Assembly (NCBI GenBank): GCA_041615815.1
Contig: JBFJCP010000014.1
Span: forward strand, 42,090-106,089
Origin: Gemmatimonadales bacterium
GTDB taxonomy: Bacteria; Gemmatimonadota; Gemmatimonadetes; Gemmatimonadales; GWC2-71-9
DNA length: 64,000 bases
Direction of reading: 5' to 3'
Part shown: in pieces, positions 9,794 through 20,275 of the stretch
How positions within the stretch are numbered: position 1 is the first letter of the stretch
How the letters are laid out: every line of letters starts with the position of its first letter
Position numbers and translations under genes: made by a program
Notes under the pieces: model-generated
Seen by the model: only the letters and a program-made list of their open reading frames with translations
What the model was told of the DNA's origin: nothing
Databases searched by the model: none

Positions 9794-11053
9794 TCAGTCT
9801 CCTCCAGCGGTGACCGTGGGGGTGCTGTATTGAAAGATCCGATCGTAATACGTGCGCACCGAGTCGAACTCTGCACGACGGGCGGTGGGAACCGGCTCGC
9901 CGTCTCCGTAGCGCACCGCCGTCCGGGGGTCGAGGTGGCGACCGTTCTTGATGAACTCGTAGTGAACGTGGGCGCCGGTGGCCAACCCGGTGGAGCCAAC
10001 GAAGCCGATGCGCTCGCCCTGCCGCACGGTGGTGCCCGGCCGAACCCCCCGCGCAAGGGAGCTGAGATGCGCATACCGCGTCTCGACATCCTTGGAGTGC
10101 CGAATGGCCACCATGATGCCATACCCGCCCCACCGTCCAGCGCGGCTGACCACGCCGTCCGCGGTAGCCCAGACCTCGGCCCCGCGTGGGGCGCCGAAGT
10201 CGATTCCCAGATGTGGGCGGTACCGTTTGAGGACCGGGTGGTAGCGACGGTTGGAGAAGCGTGACGTAATGCGGTACGGAACGGGCGACAGCTTGAAGTC
10301 CCGCAGCAGCGCGCGCCCTTCCTCGTCGTAATAGGCGTTGCGACCGTCGTCCAGCGGGAGCACGTAGGCGGAATTCAGCCGATTGCGGGTCTCGATACGG
10401 GCCGCCGTGATGCGGCCGTAGCGAACATCGCCTTGGGGCGACTGGAGACGCTCGAACAGAATCTGAAACTCGTCACCGGGATGGATATCCCGCGTGAAAT
10501 CGATCACCCACCCGAATACGCCGTCGGCGAGATCCCATGCCAGCAAGGCCCGTTGCGCCGCCGGGAGCATGCTATCCGGAACGGCCGCATCCAGCGTCTC
10601 AAAGAGCGACGTTTGGATGGCACCCTGCACGAACTCCAGTTGCACGGTCCACGGGATGGGCTCCGAGGAGCCACTCCAAACTTCGCCGCCACTTCGTTCG
10701 AGCGTGAGGATGCGCTCGTCCCCCACCCGGACCACGACCCGGTCCGGCTTGGGGTGATTGACCGCGTACGTGAACTGGAACACCTGTCCGGCGCGCACGC
10801 GGCGTGGATTCAGCCCCTCGGCAGCGTCCAACACGGCGAACAGCTCCTGCCCGGAGATGTTGTGGCGCGCAAAGAGGTGGGTGAGGGTTTCGTTCCGGCG
10901 CATGGTATCCGCACGAAGCTCGTGAGCGGTGGTCACCATGATCGGTGCCGCCGTCGGAATCGTATCCCGTGGCTCCCACAGCCAGATCAGCGTGCTGACC
11001 AGCAGGGCCAGCACGCCGAATGGTGCCGCTCCTCGGAGTATTGCTGCGCGCAT
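9794..11053 (-). CDS. M23 family peptidoglycan endopeptidase (MepM-like)
   Basis: HLGIDFGAP (HxxxD) and GAHVHYE (HxH) motifs; N-terminal TM; TGATG overlap with ftsZ. Confidence 0.92.
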   Translation of the reverse strand: MRAAILRGAAPFGVLALLVSTLIWLWEPRDTIPTAAPIMVTTAHELRADTMRRNETLTHLFARHNISGQELFAVLDAAEGLNPRRVRAGQVFQFTYAVNHPKPDRVVVRVGDERILTLERSGGEVWSGSSEPIPWTVQLEFVQGAIQTSLFETLDAAVPDSMLPAAQRALLAWDLADGVFGWVIDFTRDIHPGDEFQILFERLQSPQGDVRYGRITAARIETRNRLNSAYVLPLDDGRNAYYDEEGRALLRDFKLSPVPYRITSRFSNRRYHPVLKRYRPHLGIDFGAPRGAEVWATADGVVSRAGRWGGYGIMVAIRHSKDVETRYAHLSSLARGVRPGTTVRQGERIGFVGSTGLATGAHVHYEFIKNGRHLDPRTAVRYGDGEPVPTARRAEFDSVRTYYDRIFQYSTPTVTAGGD

Positions 11054-12201
11054 CAATCCATTTGACGGCGGATGAACGTTGGGATCTCCATCTCTGAGAT
11101 CTCTTCGGCATCCGGCGGCGGTGCCGGCTTGGGAGCCGTCATCCCGCGGTTGGGGGGTGCCGCCGGCCGCGGCGCCCGTTGGGGAAAGGGTAGCACCCCG
11201 GGTGTCCCGGCGCGACCAAAGGGGCCTTCTTGCTGGCTCAGGGCCTTGTCGAATCCGGTGGCGATCACCGTCACCCGGACCTCGCCCTGCATGGCGGGAT
11301 CGTGAACCGCACCAAAGATGATTTCGGCCTGATCGCCGGAGGCATCGTGGATGATCTCGCTGATCTGGTTGACCTCCCCGAGCGTGAGATCTTCACCACC
11401 GGTGATGTTGACGAGGACACCCGTGGATCCGTTGATGCTCACGTCGTCCAGCAGCGGACTCGCGATGGCCTGCTGCGCGGCTTCCATGGCCCGGTCGTCA
11501 CCGCGGGCCACCCCAGTCCCCATCAGGGCGGAGCCGCCGTTCTGCATCACGGTTCGGACGTCGGCGAAGTCCACGTTCACCAGGCCGGTGACGCTGATGA
11601 GCGTGGAAATCCCCTGGGTCGCGTGGAGCAGAACTTCATCGGCCTTCTTCAGCGCCTCCTGAAACGGCACGTTCTTGCCGACTACCGAGAGGAGCCGCTC
11701 GTTGGGCACGACGATCATCGTGTCCACGTGCTTGCGCATCTCGGCGATCCCGATATCCGCCTGACGCATCCGCTTGCGCCCCTCGAAGAGGAACGGCTTC
11801 GTGATGATGCCGACGGTGAGGGATCCGACGTCGCGTGCGAGCTGGGAGATGATGGGCGACGCGCCCGTGCCGGTCCCACCTCCCATGCCGCAGGTCACGA
11901 ACACGAGGTCGGCGCCCTCCAAGACGCGCAGCACCTCGTCCCGATTCTCTTCGATGGCCTGACGCCCAATCTCCGGCCGCGCCCCGGCCCCGAGACCTCG
12001 GGTGAGCTTCTTACCAATCTGAACTTTCACGTCGGCTTTGTTGTGCAGCAAGGCCTGTGCGTCCGTGTTCACCGAGATGAACTCGACGCCCGTGAGATGC
12101 TCGTCGATCATGCGGTTGACGGCGTTCCCACCGCCACCGCCGACGCCCACCACCTTCATGCGGGCGTTCTGCGACACCGTCTCTTCCAATTCGAAGACCA
12201 T
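11053..12201 (-). CDS. ftsZ: Cell division protein FtsZ
   Basis: GGGTGTG tubulin motif, NVDFADV, and C-terminal EIPTFIRRQMD peptide. Confidence 0.99.
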   Translation of the reverse strand: MVFELEETVSQNARMKVVGVGGGGGNAVNRMIDEHLTGVEFISVNTDAQALLHNKADVKVQIGKKLTRGLGAGARPEIGRQAIEENRDEVLRVLEGADLVFVTCGMGGGTGTGASPIISQLARDVGSLTVGIITKPFLFEGRKRMRQADIGIAEMRKHVDTMIVVPNERLLSVVGKNVPFQEALKKADEVLLHATQGISTLISVTGLVNVDFADVRTVMQNGGSALMGTGVARGDDRAMEAAQQAIASPLLDDVSINGSTGVLVNITGGEDLTLGEVNQISEIIHDASGDQAEIIFGAVHDPAMQGEVRVTVIATGFDKALSQQEGPFGRAGTPGVLPFPQRAPRPAAPPNRGMTAPKPAPPPDAEEISEMEIPTFIRRQMD

Positions 12202-12219
12202 GGTCCCTCGTTCGCCCTC

Positions 12220-13452
12220 TTAGAAGAAGTCTTGCAGCCAGCGCCTGACTGGCGCGAGCAACTTACCGACAGACGTATCCACTGCTCCGTTGTCACGGAA
12301 ACGTTGCCGGGCGGCAAACAACACCAGACCGACCGGCACGGCATACCGTGGCGCCTGCACGCTGTCGACGAGTCCCGAGACGTGCGCTTCCGGCACAGCG
12401 GTGCGCACGGACATGGCAAACACCTCCCGCACCAACTCCACGATCCCCACCAGGTCCGCGCCGCCTCCCGTGAGGACGACACCGGCCGGCAACCGCCCAC
12501 CAAACCCGGCGGCCTCGATCTGATTCAGAACGAGCCGCAGGATTTCGTCCATGCGCGAGTTGATGATATGGGTGAGGAGCTCGCGTTTGGCCTCACGCGG
12601 TCCCTGGCCCGGCGTCCCGGGAAGGGCCACTACTTCTTCCGGATCCACCAACGGAGGGAATGCGACGCCCCACCGTTCCTTGATGCGCTCGGCATCGCGT
12701 TGGGTCACGCCCAAACCTTGCACGAGATCACTCGTGACCAGCCAGCCGGCAAACGGCAGCGACGAGAGGTGCCGCAGCTTTCCCTCATGAAAGATGGCCG
12801 TGGTCGTGAGTCCACCACCGAGATCGATCAAGGCGCATCCGAGCTCTTTCTCTTCGTCACTCAGACAGGCCAGCGACGCTGCGAGCGGTTCCAGCACCAG
12901 ACCGGCAATCCGATATCCAGCGCGGTCGACGGCTTTGCAGACGTTCTGCACGTCCTTGCTGTGCACCGAGACCAGACACATCTCGACCTCGAGGCGCATC
13001 CCCACCATGCCCACCGGGTCGTTGATCCCACCCTGAGAGTCGACTTTGTATTCGAGGGGGATGTAATGGAGGAGCTCGTATCCCTCCCCGAGGGGAACCG
13101 CCTTGGCCACTTCGTGCACCCGCTCGGCATCCGGCCGCGTGATCTCGTCACCCGTCACGGAGGCGAGTCCGTGGGACACCTGCGTGCGAATGTGCTCGCC
13201 GGCGATCCCGCAGTAGACACCGGGGACCTCCACACCGGCCATGCGCTCCGCGTCTCGGACCGCCCGGACGATGGATCGCGTCGTCTCCTCGATGTCCCGC
13301 ACTTTGCCGCGCTTCACCCCAGACGTGCGAGCCATCCCGATCCCGAGGATCTTGGCGCCGGCCATCCCCTCCTCGGGCATGGCCTCGGCGATGATGGCGC
13401 ACGTTTTCGTGCTCCCGAGGTTGAGACTGGCGACCAGATTCTCTCGCTTCAC
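12220..13452 (-). CDS. ftsA: Cell division protein FtsA
   Basis: LIDLGGG, AERIKE and VVLTGGGA motifs; lies between ftsQ and ftsZ. Start GTG 13452 overlaps the ftsQ stop. Confidence 0.96.
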   Translation of the reverse strand: MKRENLVASLNLGSTKTCAIIAEAMPEEGMAGAKILGIGMARTSGVKRGKVRDIEETTRSIVRAVRDAERMAGVEVPGVYCGIAGEHIRTQVSHGLASVTGDEITRPDAERVHEVAKAVPLGEGYELLHYIPLEYKVDSQGGINDPVGMVGMRLEVEMCLVSVHSKDVQNVCKAVDRAGYRIAGLVLEPLAASLACLSDEEKELGCALIDLGGGLTTTAIFHEGKLRHLSSLPFAGWLVTSDLVQGLGVTQRDAERIKERWGVAFPPLVDPEEVVALPGTPGQGPREAKRELLTHIINSRMDEILRLVLNQIEAAGFGGRLPAGVVLTGGGADLVGIVELVREVFAMSVRTAVPEAHVSGLVDSVQAPRYAVPVGLVLFAARQRFRDNGAVDTSVGKLLAPVRRWLQDFF

Positions 13453-14129
13453 ACGCCTCCTCGTCGGGCGAACACGCGTCCGGCGAACCGGGCATCGAGC
13501 AGCTCGAACCGTCGGCCCGTAGCGGCAAGGTGGTTCCGCACCGCGCCGAGCGCTCGAATCTCCTCGGCGCTCGGGATGCTGCGAACCACGAGCTCCTGAT
13601 TCGTGAGCTCCAACACGACTCCGTCCGGGCCCAACCGACGAGCACTCTGGACCTCGCGGTAGAGCGCCGAATCGCGAACGCGCACCTGCCACAGGGTCCG
13701 GACCAGCTGTGTATCCGGCCGAGGGATCACGGGCAAGTCGAGCCCAGTCACGGCCGGATGGTACGGGAGCGGACGGGCGGCCGTGTCGAGCGCCACCAGT
13801 CCCTCCGGTCCCGGCGCGAACGCCACCGCCGGGCGCTCCCGGAAGACGAGCTGCAGCGTCCCCGGTGGGCGGCGCCGGACTTGCGCGGCGACGACACCAG
13901 GGAGACGCTCTGCCCGCTCCTCGAGCGCTCGCCGATCGTCAAAAAGATTGAGCTCCGCCGGGAGCTCGAGCGCCACCAGAATGCTTTCCGGCGCCAGGTA
14001 GCGGAGACCCACCAGCTCGACCTGGCGCACCAGGAAGAAGTCCATGTGCCGCAGGAGGAGCGGACTGGCGAACACCGCCACGACGGCAAGGGCCAGGCCG
14101 AGACCAGCCAATCGGAGTCGAGCGCTCAC
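13449..14129 (-). CDS. ftsQ: Cell division protein FtsQ/DivIB
   Basis: Single TM, POTRA-like region (VRQVELVGL..VRRRPPGTL), LDARFAG C-terminus, dcw position. Confidence 0.88.
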   Translation of the reverse strand: MSARLRLAGLGLALAVVAVFASPLLLRHMDFFLVRQVELVGLRYLAPESILVALELPAELNLFDDRRALEERAERLPGVVAAQVRRRPPGTLQLVFRERPAVAFAPGPEGLVALDTAARPLPYHPAVTGLDLPVIPRPDTQLVRTLWQVRVRDSALYREVQSARRLGPDGVVLELTNQELVVRSIPSAEEIRALGAVRNHLAATGRRFELLDARFAGRVFARRGGV

Positions 14130-15505
14130 GCCGCGCTCCCCGCCAAACGGTGGAGAAGCTCGGCACCGACTTCCGTGATGTCCCCCGCACCCATGGTGAG
14201 CACGACATCTCCTTCTCTCACGAGTTGCAGCACCCGATCCGCCACATCCGCACGGTTCGGCACCCACACGACGGCGACGCCCGCCCCGCGCGCCGCGTCC
14301 GCCACCACTTCCCCGGTGACTCCCGGTATCGGCGCTTCACGCGCCGGATACACGGCCGTCACCAGCACCACATCTGCTGCGGCGAGGGCCGCTCCCATCG
14401 CGGCCCCATGCCGTTGGGTCCGCGTGTAGAGGTGCGGCTGAAACACGGCAACCAGGCGGGCGCCCGGAAAACGCTGCCGCGCCGCCTCAAGGGTCGCCGT
14501 CACCTCCGTGGGGTGGTGGGCGTAGTCATCCACCACCGTGATCCCGCGACGGGTGCCAAGCCGGTCGAAGCGCCGTCCAACGCCGTCGAAGCCGGCGAGC
14601 GCGCGTGCCGCCGTCGGAACATCTGCACCAACCGCCCATGCCGCGGCCACCGCCATGCCGGCGTTGCGGACGTTGTGGACGCCGGGCACCACGAGACTCA
14701 CATCCACCTCCGTGGCATCGGGCAGGCGCACGCGCGCCCGGGATCCTTCGGCATCCGTCGCGACGTTCGTCAACCGAACATCGGCGTCGGCACGCACCCC
14801 CACCCCCAGCGCTGCCCTACCCACGGCCGTTGCGACTCGCCTCGCGCCGGGGTCGTCGGCGCCTACGAACACACGCTCCGCGCGAGCCGCGAATGTGGCG
14901 AACGCCGCTTCCAGGGCGTCCACGGAGCCGTAGCACTCGAGATGGTCCGGCTCCACATTGTTCACGACCGCGACGGTGGGGCTCAGGGTCAAGAAGGCCT
15001 TGTCGTATTCATCGGCCTCCACGACGAACAGCTCGTCCCCACCGAAGCGCACGTTGCCGCCCCAGGCCGCCACCCGTCCTCCGACGATCCCCGTCGGATT
15101 CGCGCCCCCGGCGGCTAGGGCATGCGTCGTCATCGCCGTCGTCGTGGTCTTGCCGTGGGTGCCGGACACCGCCACGACCACGCCGCCCTCCACCACGTGT
15201 TGCAACGCCTCCGCGCGCCGAATCACCGGGATACCGGCCGCGCGAGCCGCGGACAGTTCCGGGTGGTCGGCCGGCACGGCGGCCGTGTGCACGACGGCAC
15301 GGGCACCAGCGATGTGGCTCGGGTCGTGTCCCGTCGCTACGGGTACACCTGCCCGGACCAGCTCCGCGGCCCCGCTCGCCTGAAGATCACATCCGGTGAC
15401 TGCCACCCCACGTCGCCTGGCAATGAGCGCCAGGGCACTCATCCCCGCGCCGCCTATCCCCATCAGGTGAAGGGGTCGAGGATTGTCCGGGGCGAACAGC
15501 TGCAT
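14126..15505 (-). CDS. murC: UDP-N-acetylmuramate--L-alanine ligase
   Basis: GIGGAGMSALA, GTHGKTTTT, VEADEYD and DDYAHHPTEV motifs. Confidence 0.97.
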   Translation of the reverse strand: MQLFAPDNPRPLHLMGIGGAGMSALALIARRRGVAVTGCDLQASGAAELVRAGVPVATGHDPSHIAGARAVVHTAAVPADHPELSAARAAGIPVIRRAEALQHVVEGGVVVAVSGTHGKTTTTAMTTHALAAGGANPTGIVGGRVAAWGGNVRFGGDELFVVEADEYDKAFLTLSPTVAVVNNVEPDHLECYGSVDALEAAFATFAARAERVFVGADDPGARRVATAVGRAALGVGVRADADVRLTNVATDAEGSRARVRLPDATEVDVSLVVPGVHNVRNAGMAVAAAWAVGADVPTAARALAGFDGVGRRFDRLGTRRGITVVDDYAHHPTEVTATLEAARQRFPGARLVAVFQPHLYTRTQRHGAAMGAALAAADVVLVTAVYPAREAPIPGVTGEVVADAARGAGVAVVWVPNRADVADRVLQLVREGDVVLTMGAGDITEVGAELLHRLAGSAA

Positions 15506-15557
15506 CGGTTGGGCAGCTAATATAAGGCGCCATCGAAACTTGCGAAAGCTTCTGGAC

Positions 15558-16652
15558 TTAGCTCACCAGGGACCGCAGCGCTCGAGCGATTTCGATCGCG
15601 GCGTTCGGGCGGCCACGCGCGGCGGCTGCTCCGCTCATTTGAGCAAGTCGCGCCGGTGCTCCCAGAAGTTGCCGTATCTGCTCCCCAAGGATTCCAGGCG
15701 TCAGCGTGCGTTCCGGTTGGTGTACGGCCGCCCCGGCTGCTTCGAGCGCGAGGGCGTTGCGCGTCTGGTGATCTGCGGCGGCAGTGGGTAGGGGGATCAA
15801 GACCGACGGGAGCCCCCACGCGCAAAGCTCGGCCGTCGTCATGGCGCCCGCGCGGGTCACTGCGAGATCTGCCGCGGCGTACGCATGGGCGATGGGGTCC
15901 CAGAATGGGCGAAGCAGACACCCGGGCCGTTCTTGAAAATGCGCGTACTGCTCCCACAGGCGGATTCCGGTGCTCCACAGCACCGTAATCCCATCCAGTA
16001 GGCCCTCCTGCAGTGCTCCAGCCGTGGCTCGATTGATTCCCCGTGCTCCCTGGCTCCCGCCCATGACGAACGCCACCGGGCGCTCGATCGGGATCTGCAG
16101 GAGGGCGCGGGCTTCGGGACGGCTGGGACGGGGGGTGGGTGGAGGAACGATGGGGTTGCCGAGCGTGTGAACCGTGGTTTCGGGCCGGATGCTCAGGCGC
16201 GTGGCCGCTTCCGGGAATCCGAGGTGGATCTGGCGGGCCCGCCGAGCCAGACAACGTGTCGTGATGCCGGGGTAGGCGTTCTGCTCTTGGAGTGCGACCG
16301 GAATGCCGCGCCGCGCGGCGCGAAAGACGATCGGACCCGCCGCGTAGCCTCCGGTGCTGATCGCCAATGCGGGTGTTTCTTGGTCGAGGAGCGCAGAGCA
16401 CGCCCGCCAGATCCTGATCCCGACCCCGAGCCACCGTGTGTTTCTCCACCACGTGCGACGATAGATGGGCTCGAAGGGGAGCAGGTGGAAGCGATACGGG
16501 CGCCGTGGCAGGATGGTGGCTTCGACGCCGCGCTGCGCGCCCACCAGGACGGGTTCGACGTTAGGATCCAGCTGCTGGATGGCGTCGGCGAGTGCCAGGG
16601 CGGGCATGAGATGCCCGCCGGTTCCGCCGCCAGCGATCAGGACCCGAGGCAA
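15558..16652 (-). CDS. murG: Undecaprenyldiphospho-muramoylpentapeptide beta-GlcNAc transferase
   Basis: GGGTGGH, EQNAYPG, GGSQGA, RAGAMT and HQTRNA motifs. Confidence 0.97.
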   Translation of the reverse strand: MPRVLIAGGGTGGHLMPALALADAIQQLDPNVEPVLVGAQRGVEATILPRRPYRFHLLPFEPIYRRTWWRNTRWLGVGIRIWRACSALLDQETPALAISTGGYAAGPIVFRAARRGIPVALQEQNAYPGITTRCLARRARQIHLGFPEAATRLSIRPETTVHTLGNPIVPPPTPRPSRPEARALLQIPIERPVAFVMGGSQGARGINRATAGALQEGLLDGITVLWSTGIRLWEQYAHFQERPGCLLRPFWDPIAHAYAAADLAVTRAGAMTTAELCAWGLPSVLIPLPTAAADHQTRNALALEAAGAAVHQPERTLTPGILGEQIRQLLGAPARLAQMSGAAAARGRPNAAIEIARALRSLVS

Positions 16653-16659
16653 CGGAACG

Positions 16660-17811
16660 TCAGCGGGCCGGCCGCTGGTGGGCGATGTTGATGAGAATGC
16701 CGGTGGCGATCAGCGCGACCACGAGGTGCGTCCCGCCGTACGACAAAAGGGGCAGTGGAAGTCCGGTGGTGGGCATGATGCCCAGCGTCACCGCGATGTG
16801 GAGCGCCGCCGTGAGACCGACGAGCGCGGTGACGCCGGTGGCCAAGAGCATCCCAAACCGGTCCGCGGCGGTCTTGGCGACGCGAAGGCCAAGCACCACG
16901 TAGAGGGTGTAGAGCGTCAGCGTCACCACCACCCCCACAAAGCCGTATTCCTCTCCGATCGTACTGAACAGGAAATCCGAAGCGGCGTGCGGGAGATAGC
17001 CCAACTTCTGGAGGCCCTCGCCCGGTCCCAGACCAAACAACTGTCCCGAGCCGATCCCCAGCAGCGATTGTCTCATTTGCCACCCGAGTGCGGCCGTGGT
17101 CTCCTCGCCGATACCGAAGATCGAGAGCAGCATTTTGAGAAATGCCGTGACGCGCTCGAGCCGATACGGCTCCGCGATGATCGCCCACGCAAAGAAGGGC
17201 AGCGATGCCAACGCCACGAGCAGGAAGTGCCCAATGCGGGCGCCCGCCGTGAAGACAACGATGCCGGTCAAAAGCGCCAACCGGGCAGCCGTCGAGAGAT
17301 CTGGCTGGATGACGATCAACCCGGTGAGGGGGACGAGAACGACGAGAAAGCGCGACAGCCCTTCCCGGAAGCTCCCCAACATTTTCTCCCGTTTGGTGGC
17401 GAGCATCGCCGTCCACATGACCGCGGCGAGTGTGGCCACCTCAGAGGGCTGGATGCTCAAGGGTCCGATCCGGATCCAGCGACGTGCGCCATTCACGACC
17501 GGGGCGATGCCGTGGGTGAAGGGCAGCACCACGATGACGAGGCCGATGGTGGCCACGGCCAGCAGAGACCAGGTAACCAGCTCGTCCTGCCACACGTGGT
17601 AATCCGTCTTGGCACAGACCACGAGCAGAATCCCTCCAAGGACGGCCGCGAGCAGCTGTTTGAACGCGAAGTACCAGCCCGGTCGCCCGAGCTCCACCGC
17701 GTGGATGCTGGACGCTCCATAGACCAATCCGATCCCCACGATGACCAGCGCGACAGCGACGATCCCCACCATCCGTCCCTGGGTGAGATCGCGTTCGCTC
17801 AACACCTGCAT
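16660..17811 (-). CDS. ftsW: Peptidoglycan glycosyltransferase FtsW (SEDS family)
   Basis: NGARRW, QPSE, QPD, GEEYG and PLLSYGG motifs; multi-TM. Confidence 0.95.
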   Translation of the reverse strand: MQVLSERDLTQGRMVGIVAVALVIVGIGLVYGASSIHAVELGRPGWYFAFKQLLAAVLGGILLVVCAKTDYHVWQDELVTWSLLAVATIGLVIVVLPFTHGIAPVVNGARRWIRIGPLSIQPSEVATLAAVMWTAMLATKREKMLGSFREGLSRFLVVLVPLTGLIVIQPDLSTAARLALLTGIVVFTAGARIGHFLLVALASLPFFAWAIIAEPYRLERVTAFLKMLLSIFGIGEETTAALGWQMRQSLLGIGSGQLFGLGPGEGLQKLGYLPHAASDFLFSTIGEEYGFVGVVVTLTLYTLYVVLGLRVAKTAADRFGMLLATGVTALVGLTAALHIAVTLGIMPTTGLPLPLLSYGGTHLVVALIATGILINIAHQRPAR

Positions 17812-19157
17812 CGTTCCTCCACCAGCGCGCGGAACCGAGCGCCCCGCTCCTCGAAGTTGGCAAACTGGTCGTAGCTCGCGCAGGCCGGGGCCAGGAGGAC
17901 AGTCGTGCCCGAGGTGGCCAGCTCGCCCGCACGGCGGACGGCCTCGTCGAACCTCTGCACCGTCTCTACCGGTGCGCCGCTCGCCGCGAGTGCGGGAGCC
18001 ACCAAGTGCCCGGCTGCCCCATACGCGACGACGGCGCGACAGTGTTTGGATAAGGCTTGGGCCAACGGCTCGTAGCGTTCGCCCTTGTGGTGTCCGCCGA
18101 CGATCAATATGAAAGGCCCTGTCATGGCCTGGACGGCCCGGATGGCGGCGGTGACGTTGGTTGCCTTCGAGTCGTTGACCCAGCGGACCCCATCGGTTTC
18201 CGCCACGGGTTCGAGGCGGTGGGCGAGCGGTTGGAACGTTCGCAGCCCCCCCGCGAGCGAAGAGGTCTCGACGCCGGTTGCGCGCGCGGCCAGGGCGGCA
18301 GCCAGGGCGTTGGCCACGTTGTGCTCGCCCAACAGGGGGAGCTCGTCCCGCCGCAGCACCGGTTCGTCCTCCACCATCAAATATTCGCCCACTCGATCGA
18401 ACCAGGCATCGGCCTCCGCGCCAATTCGGAAGTGTCGCCTCGTTCCCGGCACGCCGCGGGCGAGCGCCAGTACGGCGTCATCGTCGCCATTCAGCACCCA
18501 TACGGAGTCGGCCGTCGCGTTGCGGAAGAGTAGGCGTTTGTCCGCGTAGTACGCCTTGGCGTCGGGATACCGATCCAAGTGATCGGGAGCGAGGTTGGTC
18601 ACGACACCCACCGCCGGCGCGAGATGTGGCGCGTCATGGAGCTGAAAGGACGACGCCTCCACGGCAATCCAGTCCGGGAGGGTTGGCTCCCGCGCGACAT
18701 CGATGAGCGGACGGCCGATGTTGCCCGCCGCCTCGGCCCGCAGACCCGCAGTCTGTAAGAGATGGGCAATGAGCGCGGTGGTGGTGCTCTTCCCGTTGGT
18801 TCCCGTGACGACCACGAGCCGCACACTTTCGAGCGCCCGAACGGCAAGATCCAGCTCCGCCACGATTTCACGACGAGCGGATCGCGCTGCCTTCAGCGCG
18901 GGGGCGTCCGGCGGAACGCCAGGAGAGACAACCACCGCCACCGCGCGCCGGATACGGTCCAAGTCGTGACGACCCACATCCACCGCAACTCCGTCGTGGC
19001 TCAGCGTGGCGGCGGCGGCCCGGAGCACGGGCGTGTCAGCCAGATCGGACCCATACACCGCGACTCCTTGGCGCACGAGCCACTGCGCCGCGGCGATCCC
19101 ACTCCGCCCCAACCCGATCACCGCCACTTCACCCGACCGCCACCCGCTGGGAATCAT
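17799..19157 (-). CDS. murD: UDP-MurNAc-L-Ala--D-glutamate ligase
   Basis: GLGRSG, SPG, TGTNGKSTT, HRLE, NDSKATN and PACASYDQF motifs. Start placed at ATG 19157. Confidence 0.97.
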   Translation of the reverse strand: MIPSGWRSGEVAVIGLGRSGIAAAQWLVRQGVAVYGSDLADTPVLRAAAATLSHDGVAVDVGRHDLDRIRRAVAVVVSPGVPPDAPALKAARSARREIVAELDLAVRALESVRLVVVTGTNGKSTTTALIAHLLQTAGLRAEAAGNIGRPLIDVAREPTLPDWIAVEASSFQLHDAPHLAPAVGVVTNLAPDHLDRYPDAKAYYADKRLLFRNATADSVWVLNGDDDAVLALARGVPGTRRHFRIGAEADAWFDRVGEYLMVEDEPVLRRDELPLLGEHNVANALAAALAARATGVETSSLAGGLRTFQPLAHRLEPVAETDGVRWVNDSKATNVTAAIRAVQAMTGPFILIVGGHHKGERYEPLAQALSKHCRAVVAYGAAGHLVAPALAASGAPVETVQRFDEAVRRAGELATSGTTVLLAPACASYDQFANFEERGARFRALVEERCRC

Positions 19158-20275
19158 CGGATCTTGAGCGTCGACAGCGCCAGCAACGCACATAGCACGC
19201 CAATGATGTAGAGACGCGTGACGACCTTGGACTCGGGCCATCCGATCTGTTCGAAATGATGGTGTAACGGCGCCATGCGAAAGAGCCGATGTTGATCCGC
19301 GTAGTCCCGGCCCCGCCGGCGCTTGTGCCAACGATATACACCGGTCTGGAGAATCACCGATACGGCCTCGGCCACGAACACGCCACCGATCAAGAGCAGG
19401 AGAAACTCCGACTTCAACAGGATCGCCACCGTTCCAAAGGCACCGCCGATGGCCAGGCTCCCGGTATCACCCATGAAGACCTGGGCGGGATGCGCGTTGA
19501 ACCAGAGAAAGCCGAGGGCGGCCCCCATGAGGCTGGCGCAGAAGATCGCCATCTCCCCTGCCCCCCGCAGGTAGTAGACCCCGAGGTACTCCGAGGCATC
19601 CACCCGCCCAAACAGGTAGGCGAAGATGGCGAACGCACCAGCAGCAATGAACGTGAGGCCGGTGGCCAGCCCGTCGAGTCCATCAGTGAGGTTCACCGCA
19701 TTACTCGTGGCGGTAATCACGAACGTGACAAATACCACGTAGAGGATGCCGGGAAGGTAGAGCAGCACGTATTTGAACAAGGGCAATTGCGTGGCATTGG
19801 CCGGGAGATTATCCGCGAGGGGGAAGAACAGCAGGTACGACCCCAACGCCACTCCAAAGGTGATCTGGCCAATCAGTTTGTACCGCGCCACCAGCCCCCG
19901 GGACTTCTCCTGGATGAATTTGAGGTAGTCGTCGATGAACCCAATGGCACCCATCCACAGCGTGGCAACGACAGCGACCAACACGTATCGGTTGTCCAGA
20001 CGAGCCCACAGCAATGCGGGGATCAGCGTGCCGATGAGAATGATCAGCCCCCCCATCGTGGGGGTGCCCCGTTTCGTGTGGTGCGACGGTGGACCCTCGG
20101 CCCGCACCACTTGCCCGACGCTGCGGCGCTGCAACTGACGAATTAGCGCCGGTCCCACGACGAAGCTCAACAGGATCGCGGTCACCGTGGCGCCGGCCGC
20201 ACGGAACGTGAGGTAGTTGAACAGGTTGAAGGCGATGTGTTTCGCCGCGAGCGGACTCAGCAGGTGGTAGAGCAC
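19154..20275 (-). CDS. mraY: Phospho-N-acetylmuramoyl-pentapeptide transferase
   Basis: GTPTMGG, NAVNLTDGLDGL, FMGDTGS and MAPLHHHFE motifs. Confidence 0.98.
   Translation of the reverse strand: MLYHLLSPLAAKHIAFNLFNYLTFRAAGATVTAILLSFVVGPALIRQLQRRSVGQVVRAEGPPSHHTKRGTPTMGGLIILIGTLIPALLWARLDNRYVLVAVVATLWMGAIGFIDDYLKFIQEKSRGLVARYKLIGQITFGVALGSYLLFFPLADNLPANATQLPLFKYVLLYLPGILYVVFVTFVITATSNAVNLTDGLDGLATGLTFIAAGAFAIFAYLFGRVDASEYLGVYYLRGAGEMAIFCASLMGAALGFLWFNAHPAQVFMGDTGSLAIGGAFGTVAILLKSEFLLLLIGGVFVAEAVSVILQTGVYRWHKRRRGRDYADQHRLFRMAPLHHHFEQIGWPESKVVTRLYIIGVLCALLALSTLKIR

Noticed and set aside
11230..13599. 789-aa plus-strand ORF
   Set aside because: Antisense shadow of ftsZ/ftsA with no recognisable motifs; long shadow ORFs are expected in high-GC DNA.
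15517..15550. Possible internal promoter before murC (TATATT on the minus strand); similar TAxxTT boxes precede yggS and the nitroreductase
   Set aside because: Only a -10-like hexamer without a convincing -35, too weak to list as a feature.
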